Part shown: positions 25,845-39,050 of the stretch, piece after piece | How the letters are laid out: each line of letters opens with the position of its first letter | Position numbering within the stretch: the first letter of the stretch is position 1 | Assembly (NCBI RefSeq): GCF_006345805.1 | Contig: NC_043016.1 | Coordinates: forward strand, 3,162,001-3,226,000 | Source of the DNA: Octopus sinensis | Lineage: Eukaryota | Reading direction: 5' to 3' | Length of the DNA stretch: 64,000 nt | Position numbers and translations under genes: made by a program | The notes under the pieces: generated by a model | Told to the model about the DNA's origin: nothing | Database searches by the model: none | What the model saw: the letters and a program-made list of their open reading frames with translations, nothing else

Positions 25845-26106
25845 ATTTTGGGGCTCAAAAATCAAAAAGCAAGGCCATGTAGGGGGACATGGAGTTAAGT
25901 ACAGGGTGGTGTTCATGTAAAGAGTTCAGGCCACTTGTGGTCAAGGGAGACTTTGAACCGAGCGGTCGTCGGCATCTTCACTATCTCGTCCGGCAGCTTA
26001 TTCCACGGATCCGCAACCCGGACGGAGAAAGCCCCTCTCCTTCGATTGAGATAAAATCGTCGCAGATAGAGTTTTTGGGAGTGACCCCGCAAGCGACGCT
26101 CGCTCT
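25845..26106 (-). mobile_element. CR1-clade LINE 3' end within (ATT)n
   Basis: ERRLRGHSQKLYLRRFYLNRRRGAFSVRVADPWNKLPDEIV..RFKVSLD, a typical CR1 ORF2 C-terminus. Confidence 0.9.
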
Positions 26107-26138
26107 TATTATCGAGTAAGAGTCAGTGCATGCCATTA

Positions 26139-26208
<70 letters not shown>

Positions 26209-26234
26209 TATTATTATCATTATTATCATATTTA

Positions 26235-28835
26235 TTGTCATTGCACAGCTTCGATCGCTGTAGATGTACTACTGTGCCTGTGAACTAAGGAAACACCTTT
26301 ATTTTTCGAGCACCTTCAGGAGTATTCGAGCGTTTCCAAGCAGTGTTGTTTTCTGCAAGTGCTCCACCCTTATTGCAGCCCCTATTTGTTCCATGTACTT
26401 CTCAAGATTTTTACTCACTTTTCCCAGGGCTCTGGCAATTATTGGTAGTACTGCTACATTTTTCACAGCCTGGCTATATTGTCGTGGTGTCTCTTGTATT
26501 CCTTCGGGCTAGTGGCATACATTCGCTGGTAATATGTCATACGGTTTCACTGTTTTGTCCACATATTCTGCACTTATTACTTTCAGTTGAGTTGTCTATT
26601 CTGTATGTTATGTAGTTTGTTCTTGGTGGTTGCTCTTGGGAAGCACATATTAGAGCCGCCGTTTCCGGTTTTAAATCACTTTTAGTCATCCACAGCCATC
26701 TTTTTTCTCTGTCTCTCTTACCTTCAACATCCCTATGAAATTGACCATACATTCTTTTCTTTACCTACATATTTTCAGTTTCATTCGTTTTCAATTTCTG
26801 AATACATACCCAGCATTTGCTTTCCTCAGATTCAGTGTTAGTGGTATCAAGCAGAGTACAAAGAACATTGGGGACAGGTAGACCCCTTGGAAGATGCCCC
26901 TCCTAATTTCTACTGTCCGTAAACTTCTTCCGTATGCTGTCAGATCCGTCCTCCAATTCGCCATAATTTTTCCAAGCAATCGTTCAACATTCGATGCAAT
27001 AGGTTCATTCACTCCATAATCGCTTTACGATAGTCCATCCCTGACATGGCTAAGTTACTTTTCCTCCTCCTGCAGTCTCTAAGTACAGTTTTGTCTACTA
27101 GGAGTTGATCCTTGGTATCTCTGCACTTACACTTGCAACCCTTGTGCTCATGTGGCAAGACTCCATTTTTTTCCAGATATTCGGACATTGACTCTGCGAG
27201 AATTCCAGTCAATAACTTCCATATAAGTGGTACACAGGATATCGGCCTATAATTGTCTACCGTATTGCCTTGTTTGATGTTTTTTGGCACAGTACTGTCC
27301 TACCCAATATCAATCACTCTAGTGTTGCTTGGTCGGCATTTAACAAGGCGTTGAGTTGCGCAGCTATTCGTGCATGACATTCCCCAAATCTTCTCATCCC
27401 GTAGCCTTGAACTACATATGGCCCCCCCCCCGGGCCTTCCAGTTGCTCATTTCTTTTTTTTTTTTTGCTGATTTCCGTCACTTCTAACTGCAATGACTGG
27501 ATCTACCTGATATGAACAGACTACTGTTTGCTTCAGTTCTTGCAACCATTCAGCATCCTTCTTGTGCTCCTTGTCTTTACTCCAGATGTCACTCCAAAAC
27601 CCTTGACTTTCAATGTTATCTGGTATCAAATTTTCATCTGTACACCCTCCATTTATTTCTTTATAGAATCTCTTCTGATCTACTCTGAATAACCTATTCT
27701 GGTGGTAACCCTCCATCTTTGGTCGATTTTTATCATCTTTGCGTTCTTTGCAACGAGGCGCTGTTTCAGTCCCACCGCTACTACTTTCAGGCCTTTTCTT
27801 TCAATATTATACTTCCTTTATAGTGCCCTGTATTTCTGTTCGCTTTTAAGCTCCCCTTTTAAGATTCGTATATTTTACCCAAGTGTCCCCTTGATGACAT
27901 GTACTGACACTCACACAATAAAAATGATAATAATAATAAATATAAATTTTACAGAGATTTTCTTCGAGAGCATGTTTAACCCTGCCTAGATACTTCTTTT
28001 CCACCATGGATCTTTTCTTTTGTCACTCCCATTATGTTTATTTTTCTTGACATCAACACCTACGTTTTCTGCTACAGCAAGCTGCCGTGATCAAATCATT
28101 TGTTTCTGTGATGTTGTTTGTTCTGATGTATTTCAGAATTTCATTGACATTTTTCTTTTCTTGGTTCAATTTCTATCTATCAACCTTCTTAAGGTTGCAA
28201 ATAATGTCGCTATCGTTCTCCCGTAGTCTCGACTTTATTCTGTCGTAGATTGCGTTTTGTTCATCTGTCATGTCGCCATTAGTTTTATTGTCTTCTTTTA
28301 GATCATCTATATGTCTCTCATCAAGTAAACTACCACTGCTCCTTTCCTGTGCTACGTGATTACTCTTATTAGTAAGAACTGTATTTTCATTGTTATTTCT
28401 GCTGCTATTTTCCATGACCCGTCTTTTGATAACTTCGAGCTCTACTTCTGTGAACCAACAATTTTTCCTTATTGCTCTAGCTTGATCACACAGTCTTTGT
28501 TTCGTGTGTTGAAACAATCCCTTTTCTTTCCAGTGGTCATACATACATTAACCCCTAATTTGAACACCATTTTCATCTACCAGGCATTATTATTTCATCT
28601 ACCAGGCATTAATTTGCCTACTCCATCTACGCCGTGTGTGGTGGTCCATTTCTGGATATCGACAGGCTGGAGCCGGACCAGAATCTCTGAGCCTACCGGG
28701 TGTAACACTGTCACCATCATTGGCTTCAGCTTCGTTACCACCGTTATTCACAATATTTTGTTTTTTCGTTGTCACTCATATGAGGTAGCGGTTATCAGGT
28801 TGCGCAGTTACCTGTGTTTTTATTGTGGCACCATC
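26235..28835 (-). mobile_element. R4/Dong-like LINE with both ends and internal deletions, embedded in (TAA)n
   Basis: Ordered domains: QRLCDQARAIRK..W..ELE, YHQNRLF..DQKRFY, NYRPISC..WKLLT, DQLLVDK..DYRKA, RGIFQG..LSP, CRIC..ETV, LQKTTLLGNARI; (TTA)n on both flanks. Confidence 0.93.
27865..27940 (+). mobile_element. Short (AAT)n-tailed retroposon end nested antisense in the Dong-like element
   Basis: Homologous to 9535-9600. Confidence 0.7.
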
Positions 28836-28837
28836 AC

Positions 28838-28913
<76 letters not shown>

Positions 28914-29117
28914 TTCATTATTATTATTATTATTATCATTATTATTATTGTTGTTGTTGTTGTTGTTGCTGTTGTTGTTGTTAATATTATTATTATTGTT
29001 CGCCGTTGCAAGTATATCTAAGTATCGATTCACTCATGTATGAATGCACACATGTCTGCAAATAGATTTTATATTTTTAGTTTTTAAAAGCTGAAACGTA
29101 TGTGTGTGTGTGCTCGC

Positions 29118-29174
<57 letters not shown>

Positions 29175-29662
29175 TATATGTATATATATATAACCTATGG
29201 CTTTCAGATACCAGAATAATGCGTCTAAGTTAGGTTTGTGGATATGTGTCAAGCTATCTTTGTAAATCTCTCGTTGTGTCACGCGTACTAAAAATTATAG
29301 TGTCCTCCTTCACCTGTTTCACTGCAGGGCAGGGACTATACTATTGTTTCAATGCCCTATATGTTAGGACTTGTGACTCTGAAAGTAGGTTTTAAGCTAA
29401 TATACTCAATCTCAATCACCTGTTTATTTAAAGATAGGTGTTTAATTTTGTTTTTAAACGTACATGTGTTTCAAAAGCTGTCACTTGTCTTTGATTCTTA
29501 TTTTATTTGCTTAGATTATTTTGTCCTCTCTTCCTTTATTTATTTATTTATTTACTTTTGTCTAGAAACAAAGAAAAAAACTAAAGCTAGAATTGCTTGG
29601 GCAATTTATGGTGGGTGGTATCTAAAATATTGCATTTCGTTTGTCGTTTCGTTTTTATAAAA

Positions 29663-30246
29663 TACTAGACTACCCGTGACACGTTGAGTCACTGACAGTT
29701 CATCTTATAAAACATTGAAGCTGATTTCAACATTTTATTGAAAGGAAAGTTAATTTTATGATGATTCAGTTAAATATTTCAATTCGTTCATGTCATCACA
29801 AGTTCATGTTTAATGTTTTGTTGATTATTTACAGCATCAAATAGAAATAGAACTTCTGGGATAAAATTGAACTCCAGTAACAGCATTTATTTATGGCGTA
29901 TGTGCACACTTCCAGGAAAATGCAAAATGAATTGTTATATAACGTAAATATAAAGCTATTGGAAAGAACTTTCACAGTATTGTATATTCCCATTTCAGGG
30001 TTATGCTACTTTCGGAGTATTTTCCCATTATTCACCGTTTTGGCTATTTCTGAAGGTACCCCCAAATGCCGCGTATCTCGGGAACCAATTGTCCGTGTTT
30101 TATTCTGTTTGCATTTACATTTCAACCTTACTTTCAAATTATTTCCCCCATTATGCGCCGGTTTTGCTGTATTAAATTACAGAAAAACACGCATGTAAGC
30201 ATGCAAGCAAGCAAGGAAGTGATCACAGAGTTTCAGTAGTATATAA
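29663..30246 (-). mobile_element. Non-autonomous Helitron-type element
   Basis: Minus-strand 3' end GTGAC-TCAACGT-GTCAC hairpin followed by ..CTAGT; 5' end TATATACTA.. with (CTTG)n. Confidence 0.65.
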
Positions 30247-30509
30247 AGTCAGGTTTGTGTTATGAGAAAAAATGCTACTGTAAATGGAAACGAGATCAAC
30301 TTCACGATTAACACCCAATAAAACTGTCTTTCATTTGTGCTTGTCCTTTCTGTTTTACAGACAAACGTTAAATGAACGTTTGTGGTTAATCTGCAGGAAT
30401 ATTCAGAAAATGCAAACATTTTAATTTGAAAATATATTCTGCTATTTATTTATCGTAATTTCTTAAGCGAAACGACAATTTTTAGTTAATCATGATTAAC
30501 TTGCAACAG

Positions 30510-30715
30510 TGCGAGCTAGCGGTATCGTTATCATGCCGGCTAAAATGCTTAACTGCCATTCGTATGTGATTATGTTCTGAGTTCAAATACCACGAGCGCC
30601 GACTTTGCATTTCATCCTTTCGGGGTCGATAATACAAGCAACAGTTGAGCACTGGGTCAATGTAATCGACTTACCCTTTCCATGATATTGCTGTCCTTGT
30701 GTTAAAATTTGAAGC
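30510..30715 (+). mobile_element. SINE family A, diverged
   Basis: GCGAGCT..GAGTTCAAAT..GACTTTGC.TTTCATCCTTTCGGGGTCGATAA..GTAATCGACTT. Confidence 0.88.
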
Positions 30716-31344
30716 CAGTTATTATATTATATCATATTTTGCTGTACATATTATATTAGTATTGAGTTCTAGATATCAAGCCCTCTGTTTTTTTGCAATT
30801 AAACTTTATATGAAAAAATGATATCAGATTATTGTGAAATGGTATTTGTCGATAATAAAGTGAAAATTCCGTCTGTATCTGTGTGCATGTATATGAATAC
30901 CAAAATTTCCTCAGTTTCACTCAAAAATATTTTTCTTTCTCCTTTAATTATTGGTTTAAAAATAGTTTTTATCATTTATCATTGGTACATACTTTTACAA
31001 ATACTCTCATCTTATCATTGATAAAACTTATCAAACTTTTATTAGCTTATTATTAGCACTGTCGTGCCACTAAAAGAATAATGTTTGATTTACGCGTCAT
31101 AATGTAAGAGATTAAATCTGTTTATTTTCCTTCAATGAGTTATTCTAACTGCTTTTAAGGGTTAGGTTTACTATTATTTATTGTTAATAGTACCATCAAA
31201 TCGCTGAAAACTATCTTTGAATTCAGTTCTACCACATTTTTATCAATAACATCTGTTAATTCGTCTCCATGATATACTTAGATCTAAATATACTTAGATC
31301 AAAAACTATGCAAATTTTATTTTAATATTAGTATTGCTTGAATG

Positions 31345-31500
31345 CCAGTGAAATGGCAGAATCTTTAGTATGATGGGAAAAACACTTTTATTACTAAAAA
31401 CTCTTTACAATCTGTATCCAAATTCTGTCGCGATTAACTTTTCCCTTTTCTTTTAGAGTAAAATAAATGAAGTACCATTCAAATGCTCTGGTCAATCACA
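31345..31500 (+). mobile_element. SINE family A, very degraded
   Basis: TGGCAGAATC.TTAG..CAAATTCTGTCGCG..AAGTACCA, collinear with family A. Confidence 0.5.
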
Positions 31501-31907
31501 TTGGGTTCTCGTACAATAGTATTTTTTTTCTTAAATCAAAATCAATTGTTAGTAAAATCACATCACCGAATCCTAGGATCTTTCAAATGATTTAATCCCA
31601 CTTCCTACAATAACATTTCCAGTGCTGGTCTCAAACTTTAATTAGTATTTTAGACTCTAAAATTTTATATTCTTATAACAGAAGACATCTTTGCAGGTCA
31701 AAGTTGTAGAGCATTTAATCTATTCACATATGCTATTGTCCCAGTATTTTACCCGTGAAAGATTTCACTGAAAAATGTGTTTAGGATTTGTATATGTATA
31801 GATATTCTCAATCATATTGACTTTTGGCTTCAAGCATTGCCTACAGATGTTATTGTGGCGACTTCTAAAGGAATAATATAACATTAAAGAATAAGTTTTT
31901 ATGAAAA

Positions 31908-31960
31908 GCATGGGACTTGAACCCGCTATATTCGGCTTCGTACGCCGACATTTTAACATT
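31908..31960 (-). pseudogene. tRNA-like remnant (Arg-ACG-like anticodon arm plus T arm), probably a SINE head
   Basis: Reverse complement TCGGC-GTACGAA-GCCGA stem-loop then GGGTTCAAGTCCC; no acceptor stem. Confidence 0.5.
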
Positions 31961-32143
31961 AAATTTCAATGGGCGTGTATAGGTTCCTTTTATTTATTTG
32001 ATTTAAAAGGTACATTCTCATTTGTTATAACAGAGAAAATTTTTGACATTTAAAGTATTCTTGAAGATTGCGTATGCCTTCGGATCTCAGAGTTCTCGGA
32101 TACCTGTAACTTGACAGTGGAACCATTCATTTTCAGGTCTGAT

Positions 32144-32199
<56 letters not shown>

Positions 32200-33589
32200 C
32201 CAGAGCGTACAATTATCCTCACAAGCTCTTCAGCCTCACAGACCATGTCTTGAAACTATTAAAAAATCTCGTTTCTTTGATGAGGATCTTGGGATGAAAA
32301 CTTTCCACTTAGCTCTTTTAAGAATGCGCCATAAGCTTTACTGCATATTCTTATCTCACGTACACCTGCACATCACACATGGTACCAGGTGTTTCGAACA
32401 ATTCTGTAAAATTGTGAGCTATGCAGAAGATTCTGTTCCAAACTCACTCTTCCATTGACGTTAAGCTCAACAACATTCTCAAATTAAAATGGTTTTACGT
32501 TCCTTATACAATTTCGTATGCAATTTTGTCACAGTTTCTCACAATAGTACCAAGAAATAATTTTTCGGTATTTTTCACTCTCAAAGTGACTATTGACTAT
32601 TTCATTGGTCAGCAACTGATCGAACGTGACTTAAATTTCTCATTATCCTATCTTAGCAGTAAAAATTTCTGTATTTTTAAAATAAAAGATTTGATTTTTT
32701 TTTTTTTATCAAAAATTTTATTTAAACAAAGACAAAGGCTTTGAAATACCCACAAAAGAAAAGGCAACTTGCATTTATCCTGAGAAATCTGAATAAATTT
32801 AGTTCCAAAATATTTCTACACGTTTTTCTTTCCCCGAATTACATATACATCTTTTTGGCAGACTCCAAGGTTCTATAATTAATCAAGCAGAACATAAATA
32901 GGAGGTGCCTGAATTTACATGATGTCAGTGTAATATCTAACCTGCTTACATCAAGAAGTAATCTGTTTCCTCATACGTAAAATTACATATTTTAAAAGTT
33001 CTTGCAACACGTATAGCACGATCAGACTACATGTAGATTAAAACTTGATTTATACAAAGCAAGATTCGAATTCACCTCACAAATTAGTTTTACATATTTC
33101 ATATATTTAATTATATTTGAATTAGTGACTAATAGTTGTACGCAATTTCTGAAACCAACAAATTCCTAATCCACCTAAGGATAGTGGTTTTAAAGAATAT
33201 ACTTCGACCTAATTAAAATTCTAATATTCTCGATCCGAAATTCAAATCTAGGGTCAGCGTAGGGTCATAGCAGTCAAACCTGCAAACACTTAGTTCACTT
33301 CAGATCACGTCAGTTGCATAGATTAGTAACCAGTCGAAAGCAACTCGATCCAAATAAAATTGAGAGATATCTATGCTGCAGAAACGTCCCTCATACTCAT
33401 TTAAATCAAATATGTTGTATAACTGTACGGCATTTAAATACGTAGAAATAATAAATACACATATTTACTAATCTCCATATTCATGGTAATTGTCTATTGT
33501 ATGTATGCATGTGTACATGCATGTACGTTTGTATGTATGTATTCATGTATTCATGTATGTATGTATGTATATATATATATATATATATA

Positions 33590-33737
33590 TTTCTTTACTA
33601 CCCACAAGGGGCTAAACACAGAGGAGACAAACAAGGACAGACAAACGGATTAAGTCGATTACATCGACCCCAGTGCATAACTGGTACTTAATTTATCGAC
33701 CCTGGAAGGATGAAAGGCAAAGTTGACCTCGGCGGAA
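33590..33737 (-). mobile_element. SINE family A, 3' half
   Basis: CCCACAAGGGGCTAAACACAGAGG..TCGATTACATCGACCCCAG..AAGGATGAAAGGCAAAG. Confidence 0.9.
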
Positions 33738-34289
33738 CGGGATGACAGTGAGTGGAAAGATGAGAAACGGGAACAGATATTATGTTTCATAGTTTAACAA
33801 AACAACTAGAAGTTTGAAGATCTTATACAACATTTTTTGATGTTTAATGTCGCATCAAATCTTTGTACAGCTGAAGACTTGAGTTCTTGATAAATTTCTC
33901 ATTTAATTTTTATGTTGCACTCAATATCAGGAATTTCATCAGCAATAAGCATGTTGACCATTCTCTATAAGTGTCAAGCCTTAAGCAATATTTTTTGCGG
34001 TCAATTTAGTGGATTTGGTGGAATTTTTGTTTAATCATCTGCGTTCCTAGCTTGCTCTTGGTCTTAGAGTGTCAGATTTTGTTTCATACATTTTATCTAT
34101 AAGACTCCTCACTCGTTCATTACTGTTCTTATTTTATTATTTTAACTTATGTCCATTCTCCGGAAACCTTTCGTCACACATCTGTGACCTCTTTAACGAG
34201 ACTTTTCGTTTTCGTGTGTGTTCTTGCACCACTTACTCCATTCTCATATATATATATATATAATATATATATATAATATATATATATAT

Positions 34290-34615
34290 CTTACATATTA
34301 AAACTGAAAATGTCGCTGCGTGTGTATGTATCGGTATGTCCTCGTTTTGCGCCAAAACGGTCGACCGATTTTTCTTAAACTTCACATGCACATTGCTTCT
34401 TACTTTTTTAATCTCTTAAAAATACTGCATTTTATGGCATTATTTCAAGCCACCCGGCTTTTTTACGCAAACTGCACGTGCATTTTTATCGCGTACGTGT
34501 AGTATCGATCGCAACAGCTGATGTACTTGCGCGTTCAAATGCACGTTCCCATGGCTTTATCGATCGTATTCTCACCTGGAATCGATTTTTGTAATTTTTT
34601 CAAGACTTATACACG
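34290..34615 (+). mobile_element. Helitron/DINE-like non-autonomous 5' fragment
   Basis: TA-embedded start, short (TGTA) tract, then AAAACGGTCGACCGATTTTTCTTAAACTTCACA. Confidence 0.5.
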
Positions 34616-34709
34616 CCCTGATACCTATTTCTTTATTACCCACAAGGGGCTAAACACATTCTCTCTCCAGAAAAAACGTACCTCCACCAGCAATTCTACC
34701 TATATATAT

Positions 34710-34931
34710 TTCTTTATTGCCCAAAGGGAGCTAAACACAGAGGGGACAAACAAGGAGAGACATAGGTATTAAGTCGATTACATCGACCCCAGTGCGTAAC
34801 TGGTACTTGATTTATCGACCCCGAAAGGATGAAAGTCGACCTCGGTGAAATTTGAACTCACAACGTAACGCAGACGAAATATCGCTAAGCATTTCGCCCG
34901 GCGTGCTAACGTTTCTGCCAGCTCGCCGCCC
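34710..34931 (-). mobile_element. SINE family A, full length
   Basis: Reverse complement begins GGCGGCGAGCTGGCAGAAACGTTAGCACGCCGGGCGAAATGCTTAGCG; matches the 57207 copy. Confidence 0.93.
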
Positions 34932-35030
34932 TGATACCGTAGGTATCTACATATCAAATTTGAGCGCAATCGGATGGAGGATGCCTGAGATCCTTGAAGA
35001 AACACAGACAGAACGGATTTTATATAATAT
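34932..35030 (-). mobile_element. Helitron/DINE-like 5' end
   Basis: Reverse complement TATATAAAATCCGTTCTGTCTGTG..ATCTCAGG..CATCCGATTGCGCTCAAATTTG. Confidence 0.55.
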
Positions 35031-35569
35031 ATATATGTGTGTGGGTGGGTGTGTGTGTATACATATATATATAGGCAGAGAGAAGAAAAGAGAGATACAT
35101 ACATACATACATACATACATACATACATACATACATGCATGCATACATACATACATACATACATACATGCATACATACATACATACATGCATACATACAT
35201 ACATACGAACATGCATACATACATACATACATACATACATACATACATACATACATACATACATACATACGAACATGCATACATACATGCATATATCCGA
35301 TCGTTAACGATGCTTCGAGAAACTAAAAACATTTATTTTCAACTTTTCTGCCATTAATAAATCTTACAGTAATAAAAATTATGTTCGAGAGAGAATTCAA
35401 TCGTATTACAACTTGTGTGTTACAACTTGTATGTGATTGTGTTGAAAGAGCTGGGATATGGAAATAATAATCTAGTTATTTATGGCACATAAAAATAAAT
35501 ATTGATATATTTACTTCACACATACCTATGCATAAATATGTATACATGGATGTGTGTATATACTGTATG

Positions 35570-35616
<47 letters not shown>

Positions 35617-35647
35617 GTGTGTGTGTGTGTATGTGTGTGTGCGTGTG

Positions 35648-36487
35648 TGTGTGTTCTGTCTGGAAAGAAATGGGACTGTGTCACAAACAATTTATTTCAA
35701 TTTCAAACACCAAAGTGGTTTCCTCTTCAAAGTAATCATCGCGTAAGTCTAATGCTCTTTTCCATCCTTCTCTACGCACTGTTAGGAGGATGCATCTGGG
35801 ATACCTCTCGGCTCCATCGTTTCGGCCATCTTGAAGGCCTTCACGCCTTCAAAACGGGTCCCTTCAATGTTCCTCTTGTGCTTGGGGAAACGAAAAAAGT
35901 CACACAGAGCAAGATGAGTTGAATAAGTTGTCCCAGTACGGCAACGTTCTTCTTGGCCAGGAACAGGCGGATGCTCTGCAGGTGCATTGTCATGGTGAAG
36001 CATCCACGATTTGTCCAGACACAAGTCCCATCTCTTCATGTCCCCAGAGCGAAGCAAACGCCGCAGGTTCCCTTTTTAGACTTACTGATTGACTACTCGG
36101 CGTTGACCTCGGTTTTGCTTGTTGGACGCCTCCCACTCCTGGAGTCATCTCCCACCTCTTCGCACCTCTCTTTGAACTTCTTGTGCCACTCAAGACATGG
36201 TATCATCTCCATACACTTGCTGAAGCATTTCAAGTGCTTGTGACAGTTTTCCCCAACCGAACCAAAAGTTCCTGGTTTATACGTAGCGTGGTGTTCATCC
36301 TTCGTTCCTCAGCACTCATAGCTGAACTACCTGAAACAGGAAGTGTAGAGAAAAGCAAGTGAAAAAATATGCAATGGTTGCAGAAAGCAAGCTATCATGT
36401 TAAATGATAATACAATCTACTTATTCATCTTTCGCACATAGTTCACACTGCACACTCGGTCCCGTTATTTTTCAGACATACCACGTA
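35648..36487 (-). mobile_element. Mariner transposon, internally deleted
   Basis: Imperfect TIRs (TGTCTGGAAAGAAATGGGAC vs reverse-complement TGTCTGAAAAATAACGGGAC); WMLHHDNAPA and YSTHLALCDFFRFPK (decayed YSPDLAP). Confidence 0.88.
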
Positions 36488-38061
36488 TATATACATATAC
36501 ATACATATGTGTATCTGTGTATATGTGTGTGTGTGTGTATCAGGTTCAGTCGCACTGTATCTGACCTTGGACAAGCGCCTTGTACTACAGCTTTGGGCTG
36601 ACCAAACTGAAACTGTATATTACACCTGACGCTGTCCATGTTGAGGTACCACCTAAAATATTTGATGAAATTATTATTATAACTCTAGTTTAACAGTCTC
36701 TTTGTCATATCTTTAATTGAGCAGAAACCCATATCAGTTGTCAAGCGGGATGGGAAAAATACACGCCCATACACGTGTGTGTGGTCGTGTGTTTGTATGT
36801 ATGTATGCGCGTGTTTGTGTGTGTGTCGTATTTATGTGTATGCGTGCACATTGATATTGATATTATAACGATATGCGCATGCAATTACACACATACAACA
36901 TATGCTAAATGTGCGTATATATGATCCATATGTTTGTGAATATATGACTACACACACTACAATTCTTCAAAGATGACATGCCATTCACAAGTCTGTTGAT
37001 AAAAACCTACCCTTAAATTATTAGATTCATTTTTATTTCCTTGTGATAGTTGTTTAGATCTAGGATTATTTTTCTTTACAAAACTAAAGTAATTTTTCAG
37101 ACATTTGCTACTTTTACCTTCACCTGATGCCATTTGACGCCAGGAATATGAGAAAAATCTAGTTGTGAGATTTAAATGAGTTTTAAGATAACAAGTATTA
37201 AAACGACTCTTTCTGTTTTTTTATGAAAATAGAGTCAGTGTCATTTTGAAAATATAACATAGATAGCAACAAATGATGGTATGTTGCATGTGTTAATGTT
37301 GATAATATGTAAGGTGCCTTTTATTGATAATACGTATGATAATAATAAGTTGAGAGGCTTGACGTAAAGTGAGTTGTAATTGTATAACTTAAGAGATCTT
37401 TCATATGATAGTAACATATAAGAGTGATGCTCAGCCATTGAAGTAAGTCTAGATTTAGCAGACGTATTGTTTGGTATAATTTAAATGACTTGTTGTATGC
37501 TAGTAGGATAAATATTTAATCTCATTAAAAGTAGTATTAACGTAAAATAAAAAGAAATCTCTAAGTATACAGCTGCCTCTTTGTAACTGACAATAAAATA
37601 TTTTATTCATAGTTTGTTTAACAATCATTCACTGTTACAGCTGTTAAACTATCAGATATATTAGGGTGTTGGACTAAATTGTCTTACTGAAGTTTCATTT
37701 CTACTTTATGCTTATGTGCCCCCAAAATCAATGATTGCCTTTATCTGTCATCGCTCTGGGATTGAAAACGTAAAAAGCAGCAATCTATCTACAAAAATTG
37801 ACATTATTGAGATTTCTCAAATTAATTAAGTCAGTTTAAAAGATTTCGAATTGAACAAACTTATTATATAAAATAAAATTGCTGAACGTACTTAATCTGC
37901 AATTTGAACAAACTCTTAACGATTAAAATTTGTTCCTGAATTCTCTCTGTCTGTCTATCTGTCTGTCTCTCTCTCTCTCTCCCTCTTTCACACACACACA
38001 CACAAACACGCACACACACTCACACAAACAAATGTCTATATGATATGCATAGGTATCCTTA

Positions 38062-38133
<72 letters not shown>

Positions 38134-38143
38134 TATATATATG

Positions 38144-38174
<31 letters not shown>

Positions 38175-38269
38175 ATATATAGAGAGAAAGAGTGAGACTC
38201 AAACAGACAGACAAATAACAGTTGCAGAGCGAGAGAGACATACAGACAGAGGGATATATAGATTGCAAG

Positions 38270-38935
38270 AAGGTTCTCTCTTCTCTAGGGTTCCCCTAGT
38301 AAACACACTCATAGAAAAATCGTACAAATGTAAACACTGGCAGAAACATACTTTCTACTCATATAAATGATAACGACAGTCACTGTGGTTTGAACAATTA
38401 GCTTTACGTGCACTCCACTTCAATAGCGAAATTCTTTCCTAAGCCTTCGAACATTCTTTCAATCAACGTACCCTTCCCTCTCCACTTGTTCCCTACCTAT
38501 CATTCCTTTAACCCTTCTCTTCCTACTATTTATCTTTGACGTCAATTCTTCCAACGGTTTTTTTTAAAAAACACACATTATCGTTTTGTTTACCATGTAG
38601 GCAGTCATCGAAATTTTTGTTTGTCTTGTTGTCGAGAGAGGTTCCCTTTCTTTCCTGATGAGAAGATTGCATAATGCACCCTTTATTCCTTTGGAATGAA
38701 ACCATGTTGTCTTCGAAACATATGTCGAGAGTAAAGGAATTTTGTTAACATCTTCGTTCGACTCCTTCCTTTCATTTATTCATATACAACACACAAATTT
38801 CTGCACATGAACCCGGAGTTTCTACCCTTGGACAGGTCGCTTCAACCGTGTTTCTGACGTGAATTTGCTACCCAGGTTTCGGTTAAACGAATTTTCCATG
38901 CTGACGATAAACATAGGATAATTCATTCACCTATT
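38270..38935 (+). mobile_element. Penelope-like element 3' end / pLTR
   Basis: LAETYF...GLNN* resembles a GIY-YIG C-terminus (~38335-38400), followed by a pyrimidine-rich UTR and a hammerhead. Confidence 0.55.
38642..38739 (+). ncRNA. Type I hammerhead ribozyme, apparently intact
   Basis: CTGATGA 38655-38661; stem II GAAGA/TCTTC; GAAAC 38715-38719; palindromic ACATATGT stem III; GTC triplet 38724-38726; stem I CCTTTCTTTC pairs GAGAG(T)AAAGG. Confidence 0.8.
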
Positions 38936-39019
38936 TATATATATGTATGTATGTATATATTATATACAAAGTATATAAATATAATATACATGTATATGTA
39001 GGTATTATGTATATGTATG

Positions 39020-39050
<31 letters not shown>

